NCBI GenBank assembly: GCA_003568775.1
Contig: MWMI01000003.1
Span: 30,001-62,000 of the forward strand
Direction of reading: 5' to 3'
Length of the DNA: 32,000 nt
Source: Candidatus Nanoclepta minutus
GTDB taxonomy: Archaea; Nanobdellota; Nanobdellia; Nanobdellales; Nanobdellaceae
Shown here: positions 24,633 through 32,000 of the stretch, one piece after another
Layout: each line of letters begins with the position of its first letter
Position numbering within the stretch: position 1 is the stretch's first letter
The notes under the pieces: model-generated
The model's input: only the letters and a program-made list of their open reading frames with translations
Databases searched by the model: none
Told to the model about the DNA's origin: nothing
Position numbers and translations under genes: made by a program

Positions 24633-25847
24633 TCTTTTTATTACTTCAAAGAATCTATCTATTTCTTCCTTAGTATTATATAAATATAAACTCGCCCTTA
24701 CCGTTCCACCTTTCTCAAATATTCCTAAATATTTTATTAAGGGGTGTGCACAATGATATCCAGATCTAACTGCAATACCCTCTAGGTCTAATATCTTAGC
24801 GGCTTCATGTGGATGATAACTCTCAAATACAAAAGAAAACACAGATCCTCTATCTTTTTCCTCTTCCGGTCCAATTAATTTGATTTTTTCATTTTTAATT
24901 TCAAGATATTTATCTAAGAAATATCTTATTAGGGTTTTTTCATAGTTTTCAATGTTTTCCATTCCAATTCTCTCTAAATATTTTATTGCCTCTGAAAAAA
25001 CAATTCCATCAACTATATTGGATGTACCCGCTTCAAACTTCCATGGTAAATCGTTCCAAACAGCATCATACATATCAACATCTTTTATCATATCTCCACC
25101 ATATAAGAACGGTTCCATTTTTTCTAATATTTCCTCTTTTCCATATAAAACACCAATACCTGTAGGTCCTAACATTTTATGAGAGCTAAATGCTAAGAAA
25201 TCTATATCTAATTTTTTAACATCAACTTTCATATGTGGAACACTTTGTGCACCATCTATAACTACTATTGCACCTTTTTTATGTGCAATCTCTATTATTT
25301 CTTTTATAGGATTTATAGTACCTAATACGTTTGACATATGAGTAACTGCAACTATTTTTGTTTTATCATCAACTTTTTTCCCTAGTTCATCAAGGTTTAA
25401 TCTATAATTTTCTAGAAATACATATTCTAATTTTGCTCCAGTTTTTTTAGAAACGAACTGCCACGGTACTATATTTGAATGGTGTTCCATTATCGTTATA
25501 ACTATTTTATCACCTCTCTTCAGATTGTTTAATCCATAAGAATAAGCTATTAGGTTTATAGATTCTGTAGTATTTCTAGTAAATATTATTTCTCTCCAAT
25601 CCTTTGCATTAATAAACTTTGCAACATCTTTATGTGCATTTTCATATAGTTCAGAGGCTTCTTGCGATAATGTATGTATACCCCTGTGTATGTTTGCATA
25701 ATGGTTTTCGTATACTTCTCTTATTTTTTCTATTACTTGTCTTGGTTTTTGAGATGTAGCAGCGTTATCAAAATAAATCAAGGGTTTTCCCCTTATCTTT
25801 CTTTTTAAGATTGGAAAGTCTTCTCTAATTTTATAAACATCGAACAT
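24621..25847 (-). CDS. sufS: Cysteine desulfurase, SufS/CsdA group (class V aminotransferase)
   Basis: 408 aa with YFDNAATSQKP, ANIHRGIHTLS, the PLP-Lys motif FSSHKMLGPTGIGVLYG and the catalytic Cys region RSGYHCAHP. It overlaps the convergent tmcA gene by 12 nt. Confidence 0.9.
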   Translation of the reverse strand: MFDVYKIREDFPILKRKIRGKPLIYFDNAATSQKPRQVIEKIREVYENHYANIHRGIHTLSQEASELYENAHKDVAKFINAKDWREIIFTRNTTESINLIAYSYGLNNLKRGDKIVITIMEHHSNIVPWQFVSKKTGAKLEYVFLENYRLNLDELGKKVDDKTKIVAVTHMSNVLGTINPIKEIIEIAHKKGAIVVIDGAQSVPHMKVDVKKLDIDFLAFSSHKMLGPTGIGVLYGKEEILEKMEPFLYGGDMIKDVDMYDAVWNDLPWKFEAGTSNIVDGIVFSEAIKYLERIGMENIENYEKTLIRYFLDKYLEIKNEKIKLIGPEEEKDRGSVFSFVFESYHPHEAAKILDLEGIAVRSGYHCAHPLIKYLGIFEKGGTVRASLYLYNTKEEIDRFFEVIKRLIK

Positions 25848-25859
25848 AATAGATACTTC

Positions 25860-26102
25860 ATGTATAAAATTATTAAGTTATGTGGTATTAGTGATTATTC
25901 TGCAACTTTTAACAAAAAGTTAGATATAGATAAAGTAATTAGTTTGTTTAATGGATACGAGGTTTTGGATAAGGATAAAGACTCTGCAAGGTTATCTAAA
26001 GGTGATAAGAAAGTTTTTATATATTCTTCGGGTGAAATAATTTTTATTGGTTTTAGTGAAGGCGAGGTTGAAGAGATGTGTAGAACTATTGATAAAGTTT
26101 AA
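25860..26102 (+). CDS. Small protein resembling a single TBP-domain repeat (monopartite TBP-domain protein candidate)
   Basis: 80 aa. KLDIDKVISLFNG...KKVFIYSSGEIIFIGFSEGEVEEMCRTI aligns by eye with one TBP repeat (QLDLEKVLDLCPN...[26 protein letters not shown] in Pyrococcus TBP, from memory). It starts 12 nt from the divergent sufS start. Confidence 0.45.
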   Translation: MYKIIKLCGISDYSATFNKKLDIDKVISLFNGYEVLDKDKDSARLSKGDKKVFIYSSGEIIFIGFSEGEVEEMCRTIDKV

Positions 26103-26129
26103 AAAGTAAAGTTAATAGATTAACATATA

Positions 26130-26204
26130 GCCCCCGTCGTCTAGTCAGGTCTAGGATACGGGGTTTTCGTCCCCGAGACCCGGGTTCAAATCCCGGCGGG
26201 GGCA
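26130..26204 (+). tRNA. tRNA-Glu (anticodon UUC)
   Basis: Hand-folded cloverleaf. Acceptor stem is GCCCCCG (26130-26136) paired with CGGGGGC (26197-26203). Anticodon stem is 26159-26163/26171-26175, and the loop TTTTCGT places TTC at 26166-26168. T arm is CCGGG-TTCAAAT-CCCGG. No intron and no encoded CCA. Confidence 0.9.
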
Positions 26205-26210
26205 TTTTTT
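26205..26210 (+). terminator. oligo-T tract immediately after tRNA-Glu
   Basis: A T6 run directly follows the discriminator base. Confidence 0.45.
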
Positions 26211-26221
26211 AAAGATTTCTT

Positions 26222-26267
26222 TTTTGATTAATCATTTTGATAAACATACCTTTTTAATAAAAGGAAG
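26222..26267 (+). promoter_or_regulatory. Archaellin promoter module, copy 1
   Basis: TTTTGATTAA, a 7-nt spacer, GATAAAC, a 5-nt spacer, the A/T box TTTTTAATAAAA and GGAAG. The module ends 16 nt before the ATG at 26283. The same module with the same spacing recurs at 27462-27506. Confidence 0.45.
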
Positions 26268-26282
26268 AAATACTAATTTCGT

Positions 26283-26870
26283 ATGAAGGGACAAACAGGT
26301 ATAGGAACTTTGATTGTATTTATAGCATTGGTATTGACAGCAGCTATAGCAGCTTTCTTAATAACACAGACTACTGTAGCTACACAGTCCAAGGCTGCAG
26401 CTGTTGCAGATCAGGCAAGGGAGAGGACTGGAACAACATTAGAGGTTGTAAGAGTAGAGGGATTTGTTAATACTGATAGTGCTTCTTCAAACTATGGAAA
26501 GATCGATAGATATATATTGTATGTAAGGTTAGCACCAGGATCCTCTCCGATAAACTTGGATACAACAACTATCTTGTATTATACAGCTAATGGAAGAGAA
26601 ACTTTAACTTATGGAAGTAACCAGACAGACGAAACTGCATTAGCAACTGCAGATGGAAAGTTCTACAAGTTAACTAAGTATTCATCAGAAAAGGGAACAG
26701 ATAATATATTAGAAGCAGGAGAGCTATTGGCATTAGGTGCTATGGTTAATTATACATTAGGAACCTCTGACTGGTGGAGGCTCTCTATAGTACCTAAGGA
26801 AGGACAACCAGCAGAGGTATACGGAATAGCTCCAGATGTATTTGTAGGAAACGTAATAGTATTAAGATGA
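26283..26870 (+). CDS. arlB: Archaellin (archaeal flagellin, ArlB/FlaB family)
   Basis: 195 aa. It has the class III signal MKGQ followed by TGIGTLIVFIALVLTAAIAAFLI, the conserved archaellin N-terminal helix. It continues with ...QSKAAAVADQARERTGTTLEVVRVEG. Confidence 0.85.
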   Translation: MKGQTGIGTLIVFIALVLTAAIAAFLITQTTVATQSKAAAVADQARERTGTTLEVVRVEGFVNTDSASSNYGKIDRYILYVRLAPGSSPINLDTTTILYYTANGRETLTYGSNQTDETALATADGKFYKLTKYSSEKGTDNILEAGELLALGAMVNYTLGTSDWWRLSIVPKEGQPAEVYGIAPDVFVGNVIVLR

Positions 26871-27445
26871 AGGCTCAGGTTTCTTCCGTTTTTTATTTAT
26901 TATTATTTGTAACAGTTGCATTTTTATCAGCTTATATAATTTACAATCTAAATGTTAAAAATGCTAATGTTTTAGCTAAGGATGTTGTTGTAAAGACAGA
27001 TCAAACTAGAATACCAGTATTTGATATAAGAGATGTATCATATAGCGAATTCGGATCTACGGCTAGTATAAGCTTTAATATGATAAATTTAGGAGACAAC
27101 TTAGTATTAAAGGGTTGGATAATAGAGTTTTTGTCTGGCGATATGTCTAAGGTAATATGTAGATCCATTATACTAACTGGGGATCCCAACGAAGCTTCTA
27201 GGATATCATCATCTTTCACAGTTACAAATAGAAACGCAACCTTAGATGTAGGAGGAATTATGCAATCTGGAGATATCGTGAATGTAGAATTAACATTGTT
27301 GCAAACCTGTTTAAACGAAACAATGCAATATGCTAGAAGAGAACCAAAGGTGATATTTAGGTTAGGTATACCGCCAACGTATAGAACTGCTATATTAACT
27401 TGTTCTGTAGATCCCAATACAGGCTATGCTACTTGTACCGAATAA
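26867..27445 (+). CDS. Archaellin-like accessory protein (class III-like signal; ArlF/ArlG-like architecture)
   Basis: 192 aa. MKAQVSSVFYLLLFVTVAFLSAYIIY is an N-terminal hydrophobic helix, followed by a beta-rich domain with 4 Cys. It lies between two archaellin genes and overlaps the first (ATGA). The family assignment is tentative. Confidence 0.45.
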   Translation: MKAQVSSVFYLLLFVTVAFLSAYIIYNLNVKNANVLAKDVVVKTDQTRIPVFDIRDVSYSEFGSTASISFNMINLGDNLVLKGWIIEFLSGDMSKVICRSIILTGDPNEASRISSSFTVTNRNATLDVGGIMQSGDIVNVELTLLQTCLNETMQYARREPKVIFRLGIPPTYRTAILTCSVDPNTGYATCTE

Positions 27446-27465
27446 TTTTTAATTTTTATATTTTT
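27446..27465 (+). terminator. Three T5 runs after the archaellin-like ORF
   Basis: TTTTTaaTTTTTataTTTTT lies directly after the stop codon at 27443-27445. Confidence 0.4.
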
Positions 27466-27506
27466 GATTAACAAAAAGGATAAACTTTTCTTTAAAAATA
27501 CGGAAG
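27462..27506 (+). promoter_or_regulatory. Archaellin promoter module, copy 2
   Basis: TTTTGATTAA, a 7-nt spacer, GATAAAC, a 5-nt spacer, the A/T box TTTAAAAATAC and GGAAG. The module ends 18 nt before the ATG at 27524. It is collinear with copy 1. Confidence 0.45.
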
Positions 27507-27523
27507 TTCCTTAATCATTTCTT

Positions 27524-28207
27524 ATGAGGAGAGGTCAGGTAGGTGTAGGTGAACTATTAATTTTCTTAGCTACAATCGTTGTAGCAGTTGTAGCAGCAGT
27601 AGTATTCATTACAACAGCAACAAACTTGCAGCAAAAAGCATTTGCAGTTGGTAGTGAGGCTAGGGAAAGAGTTTCAGCTACAGTCGATGTAGAATCTATT
27701 ACAGGATATAAGGGAAGTGGAACGGCAACATATGATTCTAAAAGTGTAGATAGATTCGTAGAGAATATAACCTTAGTAATTAAATTAGCACCCGGTGCAG
27801 AACCAATCAAGTTGGATGACGAAGCTACAACATTGCAAGTATTAACGCCAAGCTGGCAGTCATTAGCTATTAGATTGGGAGGATTTGCAGCTAGTAGTAC
27901 CTCTGGAGAGACATGGCCCTCTGGATTCTATTCAGACTCAGATCTAAATAACGCTCTTCAACAAGTAGATCCAGAAAAGTTCTATGTATGGGTAAACCAG
28001 TCTGTAAATAGAGATGAAATATGGCAGGTATTGTCTCCAGGTGAGCTATATACATTAGTAGTTCCATTAAACAAAAATTCTAATCATATATTACCAGAGG
28101 AGACAGAAGTTGTAGTAAAGTTCGTATCTAGAACGGGTATATCTACCACATTAAAGTTTAGAACACCATCAGTAATAAAGGATCCAATAATATTGCTATA
28201 TCCATAA
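27524..28207 (+). CDS. arlB: Archaellin (archaeal flagellin, ArlB/FlaB family), second paralogue
   Basis: 227 aa. MRRGQVGVGELLIFLATIVVAVVAAVVFITTATNLQQKAFAVGSEARERVSATVDVESITG has the same signal, N-terminal helix and ARER motif as the first archaellin. Confidence 0.85.
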   Translation: MRRGQVGVGELLIFLATIVVAVVAAVVFITTATNLQQKAFAVGSEARERVSATVDVESITGYKGSGTATYDSKSVDRFVENITLVIKLAPGAEPIKLDDEATTLQVLTPSWQSLAIRLGGFAASSTSGETWPSGFYSDSDLNNALQQVDPEKFYVWVNQSVNRDEIWQVLSPGELYTLVVPLNKNSNHILPEETEVVVKFVSRTGISTTLKFRTPSVIKDPIILLYP

Positions 28208-28211
28208 AGGC

Positions 28212-28231
28212 TTTTTAAATTTTCGTTTTTT
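28212..28231 (+). terminator. oligo-T tracts after the second archaellin
   Basis: T5 at 28212-28216 and T6 at 28226-28231, a few nt after the stop codon. Confidence 0.4.
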
Positions 28232-28302
28232 GCATATCTTTTTAGGTTACCTTTAATAAAAATCATATTTTTATATTTGATAAGGTTCTTATTATAAATT
28301 CT

Positions 28303-31300
28303 ATGAAGAGCAATTTGCTCAAGGTGTTTATGGTATTACTTTCTTTGCTGTTAATCTCTTTACCTGTTTATGCCCAATGGTGGGACACAAACTGGAAATA
28401 TAGAGTTCCAATAACAATTAAAGAAAACTCTGGAAGTAGTTTAACAAACTATCAGGTTAATATAACAATAGATACGCAATCTTTAATTTCTGCTGGAAAG
28501 ATGAGATCAGATTGTGGAGATATAAGGTTTACAGATGCTAATGGAAATCCCTTAAGTTATTGGATTGAATCAAATACTTGTAATACTCAGAATACAAAAA
28601 TTTGGGTTAAAGTTCCATCTATTCCAGCTAATGGACAAGTAACAATTTATATGTATTATGGAAATCCATCTGCAACTAGTTTAAGTGATCCTAAGAATGT
28701 ATTTTATTTTTATGAAGATTGGGAATCTGGAAGTGTAAATAATACCATATGGACAGTTACTACGACTGGAACAGCATCCGTAACTAATACACAAAAATAT
28801 CAAGGTACCTATTCTTTCTATACTAATTTGGGGGGTAAAAACCAGCAAACCACCCTTTCTACAAATTCAGGAGTTGTTAATTGTCCAATGACTTGTAGAG
28901 TAGATTTTTATTGGTATATGCCAACAGTAAGCCAGAATCAGGCTACTCTTTCATTTTCAATAGATGGAACTACAAAGGCTTCTTCAACAACAGCCATTAC
29001 TTCATGGACTCTTGTATCTGCTACAAATATAGCTTCTGGTACTCATACCTTAACTTGGAGCGCCTCTACTCAAAATAATAAAAACGCAGCGCTTACCGCT
29101 TATATAGATTATATTATAGTTAGAGGTTATGCTTCCGTAGAACCTTCTGTTACGCTAGGTCAAGAGCAGACTTATGTATATATAACAGTTAATAATTATG
29201 ATAGTGTAACATGGAATGTTTCATCTTCTGTAGAAAGTAAAACAAATTCTTCTTCTGTAAGTAATGTTTTAATGATAACTCTTTCATCCGATACTTTAAC
29301 TTCAAGTATAGCAAATAATCCATTATATCCGAACTATACTTGTTCAATATCTCCGAGTTCTATTTCGATCACACCAGCAGGATCTTATACATTTAATGTA
29401 AGTTGTGTACCTTCTATAGTAGCTTCTCTTAACCCATCTTCCATAATAGTTTATATAAGTTCATATAATACCTCAACTCTTTCCTTAACAATTAATGATC
29501 CTAATATAAACTCAGTAAGCTTTAGTTGTTCAGCTCCATCCGGATTAACCTGTTCGGTTTCACCAGGTAGCCTATCTTCTAATGAAACTGCAACAGTAAA
29601 TGTATCTGCATCTACATCAATTTCAGAGGGAACATATCAGGTTAGTATTACTGCAACATCAAATACAGGTGCAACCTTAACTCAAACTTTAACAGTTAAT
29701 GTCTTGCAGAGAATGAAGGTTTCACTTAGCCCATCTTCCATAACTGTTTATATAAGTTCATATAATACCTCAACTCTTTCCTTAACAATTAATGATCCTA
29801 ATATAAACTCAGTAAGCTTTAGTTGTTCTTCCCCATCCGGATTAACCTGTTCGGTTTCACCAGGTAGCCTATCTTCTAATGAAACTGCAACAATAAACGT
29901 ATCTGTCTCTAACTCGGTTTCGGAAGGAACTTATCAAGTCAATATCACTGCAACATCAAATACAGGTGCAACCTTAACTCAAACTTTAACAGTTAATGTC
30001 TTGCAGAGAATGAAGGTTTCACTTAGCCCATCTTCCATAACTGTTTATATAAGTTCCTATAATACCTCAACTCTTTCCTTAACAATTAATGATCCTAATA
30101 TAAACTCAGTAAGCTTTAGCTGTTCAGCTCCATCCGGATTAACTTGTTCAATTTCTCCAAGTAGCTTATCTTCTAATGGAACTGCAACAGTAAATGTATC
30201 TGCATCTACATCAATTTCTGAGGGAACATATCAGGTTAGTATTACTGCAACATCAAATATAGGTGTAACCCTAACTAAAACTTTAACAGTTAATGTTAAA
30301 CAAGTAAAAGTATACTTTACTTCAAACACACCTTCAGATGGAGCAAATCTTACTTATCTATATTTACCAATAGAGTTTTATACATCAACAAATACTGTAA
30401 ATATTGAAATAAATGGAATAAACTATACCTTAACTGTAAGTCCAAATAGTATAAATAGAGTAGGACTTTACTATACATACTCAAGTCCATCTGGATTACC
30501 TAGTTTACAGAGTTTTATAGGAATCTCTGGAGGATATGTAAGCTTTAGGGTATATGCAATAGGTCCTGTAGTAAACTCAACTGAAATAAGGACGGTATAC
30601 CTACCACCATTGCAGTTTTACGTGAATTATCTATCTCCAACACCAAATAATGGTACAACATCAAACCTATGGTTATTACAAGTTGCAGGAGAAGTAGTTG
30701 ATAATACCTTATCACAGGATTATTGTTACTTAGAATTGCTAAATCCAAATACTTCTACGTGGGATAATGTATCTTACTTACCAAACTGTAATGGATATAT
30801 CTATAATACAAACTTGCAAGCATATGCAAAGGATACTGGAACGAACTATGAAGTCTGGTATAGGATAAGATTAGTTAACTCCCAGGGATTAAGCTATATA
30901 GTACCTGCAAGGGTTATTTACTATTCATATAATTCACAAACAGTATCTATAGTAAATCCCTCATTAAGCTATCAGAACTTAACTTATACAATTTATAATG
31001 CAATTGCAAGCGGATCTAACTATATTGTATTTGCTCCAGGTTCTTATAGGCTAAATCTAGTAATAAACACTACGGGTTCTGTTACTTTCTTAGGAACCGG
31101 CGTTACATTACAACCCTTATCCGTGGCATCTCCAATAATAACCGTTCTAAATGGAAACGTTACGATAGATGGTTTAACTATGTATTCAAAGTTATTTGTG
31201 GTAAGAGTTGATAACGGAAATCTTGTAATCAAGAACTCAAACATAAACTCTGATTTATATGCAATTCAAACAACTTCCAATTCAACCGTTTCTATTGAAA

Positions 31301-32000
31301 ACTCAAACGTATATGGGAAGGTTGCAGGAATATATGCAGTTAACGGTTTATCAAGCTCTTACATATATAACTCAAAGGTTTCTTCAAACGTATGGGGAAT
31401 ATATCTAAAAGATGCTTATAGTGTTATTGTAAACTATTCCAGTGTGGATGCAAAAGTATTTGGAATAGTAATTGAGGGTAATTCTACAAACAATGTAATT
31501 GAGAATACAAATGTAAGTGCAAAGGTATTTGGAATTTACGTAAAGAGCGGGGAGAACAATATTATAAGGAATTCTTTGATAAATTCTGAAGTATTTGCAG
31601 TAAAGTTTGATTCTGGAAATAACGTAATAGAAAACTCTATAATAAACAATAAGAAAGTATTTGGAATATATTCGTTAGCGAATAACTCGATAAGAAATGT
31701 AACGATTTATGGTGGATTGTTTGGTGCTTATATGACAGGTAATGCACAAAACTTAAGACTATATGGAGCAAAGTTAGGAATAAACATATTCGGAAGCGGA
31801 TATATAGGAAACTTATCATTAGATTCCGGTAATTTCTCAATACAGTATAACGGATCTGTGATAATAAGGTCAACGAACAAGGCACCTTCTGTTGTAGGAT
31901 CGTATGTATTCGTAGGAAATCAGATAGAAATACTTGGTAGTATAAATGCAAATATAACGTTTATAACAGATTTAACAGGTAATTTGTCAGTTATAAAAAT
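28303..32000 (+). CDS. Giant secreted surface protein (partial; continues beyond the window): DUF2341-like N-domain, lectin/jelly-roll-like domain, Ig-like tandem repeats, parallel beta-helix repeats
   Basis: Not in the supplied track because it has no stop in the window. I translated the frame starting at ATG 28303 by hand and found it open to 32000 (more than 1232 codons). It has a signal peptide (MKSNLLKVFMVLLSLLLISLPVYAQ). WWDTNWKYRVPITI...CGDIRFTDANGNPLSYWIE...IWVKVPSIPANGQVTIYMYYGN matches the DUF2341 consensus. Three 99-aa repeats follow. From about 31200 there are PbH1/NosD-like repeats (NSNINSDLYAIQT.., NSNVYGKVAGIYA.., NTNVSAKVFGIYV.., NSLINSEVFAVKF..). The protein is very Asn/Ser/Thr-rich with many N-x-S/T sequons. 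Confidence 0.8.
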   Translation, partial: MKSNLLKVFMVLLSLLLISLPVYAQWWDTNWKYRVPITIKENSGSSLTNYQVNITIDTQSLISAGKMRSDCGDIRFTDANGNPLSYWIESNTCNTQNTKIWVKVPSIPANGQVTIYMYYGNPSATSLSDPKNVFYFYEDWESGSVNNTIWTVTTTGTASVTNTQKYQGTYSFYTNLGGKNQQTTLSTNSGVVNCPMTCRVDFYWYMPTVSQNQATLSFSIDGTTKASSTTAITSWTLVSATNIASGTHTLTWSASTQNNKNAALTAYIDYIIVRGYASVEPSVTLGQEQTYVYITVNNYDSVTWNVSSSVESKTNSSSVSNVLMITLSSDTLTSSIANNPLYPNYTCSISPSSISITPAGSYTFNVSCVPSIVASLNPSSIIVYISSYNTSTLSLTINDPNINSVSFSCSAPSGLTCSVSPGSLSSNETATVNVSASTSISEGTYQVSITATSNTGATLTQTLTVNVLQRMKVSLSPSSITVYISSYNTSTLSLTINDPNINSVSFSCSSPSGLTCSVSPGSLSSNETATINVSVSNSVSEGTYQVNITATSNTGATLTQTLTVNVLQRMKVSLSPSSITVYISSYNTSTLSLTINDPNINSVSFSCSAPSGLTCSISPSSLSSNGTATVNVSASTSISEGTYQVSITATSNIGVTLTKTLTVNVKQVKVYFTSNTPSDGANLTYLYLPIEFYTSTNTVNIEINGINYTLTVSPNSINRVGLYYTYSSPSGLPSLQSFIGISGGYVSFRVYAIGPVVNSTEIRTVYLPPLQFYVNYLSPTPNNGTTSNLWLLQVAGEVVDNTLSQDYCYLELLNPNTSTWDNVSYLPNCNGYIYNTNLQAYAKDTGTNYEVWYRIRLVNSQGLSYIVPARVIYYSYNSQTVSIVNPSLSYQNLTYTIYNAIASGSNYIVFAPGSYRLNLVINTTGSVTFLGTGVTLQPLSVASPIITVLNGNVTIDGLTMYSKLFVVRVDNGNLVIKNSNINSDLYAIQTTSNSTVSIENSNVYGKVAGIYAVNGLSSSYIYNSKVSSNVWGIYLKDAYSVIVNYSSVDAKVFGIVIEGNSTNNVIENTNVSAKVFGIYVKSGENNIIRNSLINSEVFAVKFDSGNNVIENSIINNKKVFGIYSLANNSIRNVTIYGGLFGAYMTGNAQNLRLYGAKLGINIFGSGYIGNLSLDSGNFSIQYNGSVIIRSTNKAPSVVGSYVFVGNQIEILGSINANITFITDLTGNLSVIK
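29428..30318 (+). repeat. Three in-frame tandem repeats of 297 bp (99 aa) inside the giant surface protein gene
   Basis: Copies start at 29428, 29725 and 30022 (CTTAACCCATCTTCC / CTTAGCCCATCTTCC). Long stretches are identical at the DNA level. Each unit encodes SLSPSSITVYISSYNTSTLSLTINDPNINSVSFSC..PSGLTCSVSPGSLSSNETATVNVS...GTYQVSITATSNTGATLTQTLTVNV. A degenerate related unit lies upstream (about 29200-29427). Confidence 0.9.

Noticed and set aside
21556-25182. ORFs 21556..21783, 22766..22948, 22991..23302 and 23369..23620 (all -) and 24952..25182 (+)
   Set aside because: They are antisense shadows within the reverse gyrase, tmcA and sufS genes.
27001-28266. Minus-strand ORFs 27001..27417, 27535..27810 and 28084..28266
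   Set aside because: They are antisense to the archaellin-like and archaellin genes. The sense-strand proteins carry clear class III signals and archaellin motifs.
29428-30318. Possible CRISPR array or mobile repeat
   Set aside because: The period is 297 bp with no short repeat/spacer alternation. The units are in frame within a long ORF and encode Ig-like protein repeats.
30545-31951. Minus-strand ORFs 30545..30748, 31044..31244 and 31637..31951
   Set aside because: All lie inside the long plus-strand frame that is open from 28303 to the window end and has strong domain and repeat signatures.

Overview
This is a very AT-rich, extremely compact archaeal chromosomal segment. About 33 protein genes, 2 tRNAs and 1 candidate C/D box sRNA sit in 32 kb, with many 1-12 nt gene overlaps. 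The tRNA stems are almost all G:C despite the AT-rich background, and a reverse gyrase gene is present, so the organism is probably a hyperthermophile. The reverse gyrase ORF ends right after the helicase-like half, a split known from Nanoarchaeum. Together with the compaction, this suggests a Nanoarchaeota/DPANN-type genome, but that is inference and not provable from this window.

Recognisable housekeeping genes are an HhH-GPD glycosylase-like gene, dcd, rtcB, family B DNA polymerase, pelota, aIF2-alpha, nop10, a PAC2-family gene, L44e, a GINS51-like gene, tmcA and sufS.

Archaellum-related genes are a FlaK/ArlK-like preflagellin peptidase (10250), two archaellins (26283, 27524) and a small archaellin-like ORF between them. 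No arlH/I/J motor genes are in the window.

The most unusual content is envelope-related:
- A four-gene block (12256-17149) of unassignable membrane/secreted proteins. It is led by a protein with a type IV pilin-like (class III) signal peptide.
- A giant secreted protein (28303->32000, ORF open to the window end, not in the supplied track). It has a DUF2341-like N-terminus, three near-identical 297-bp in-frame tandem repeats with a mosaic pattern, and parallel beta-helix repeats.

Other points of interest are the C/D box sRNA candidate at 10158-10217 (-), an 80-aa single TBP-domain-like ORF, and a duplicated promoter module upstream of both archaellin genes. I saw no CRISPR array, transposase or integrase.
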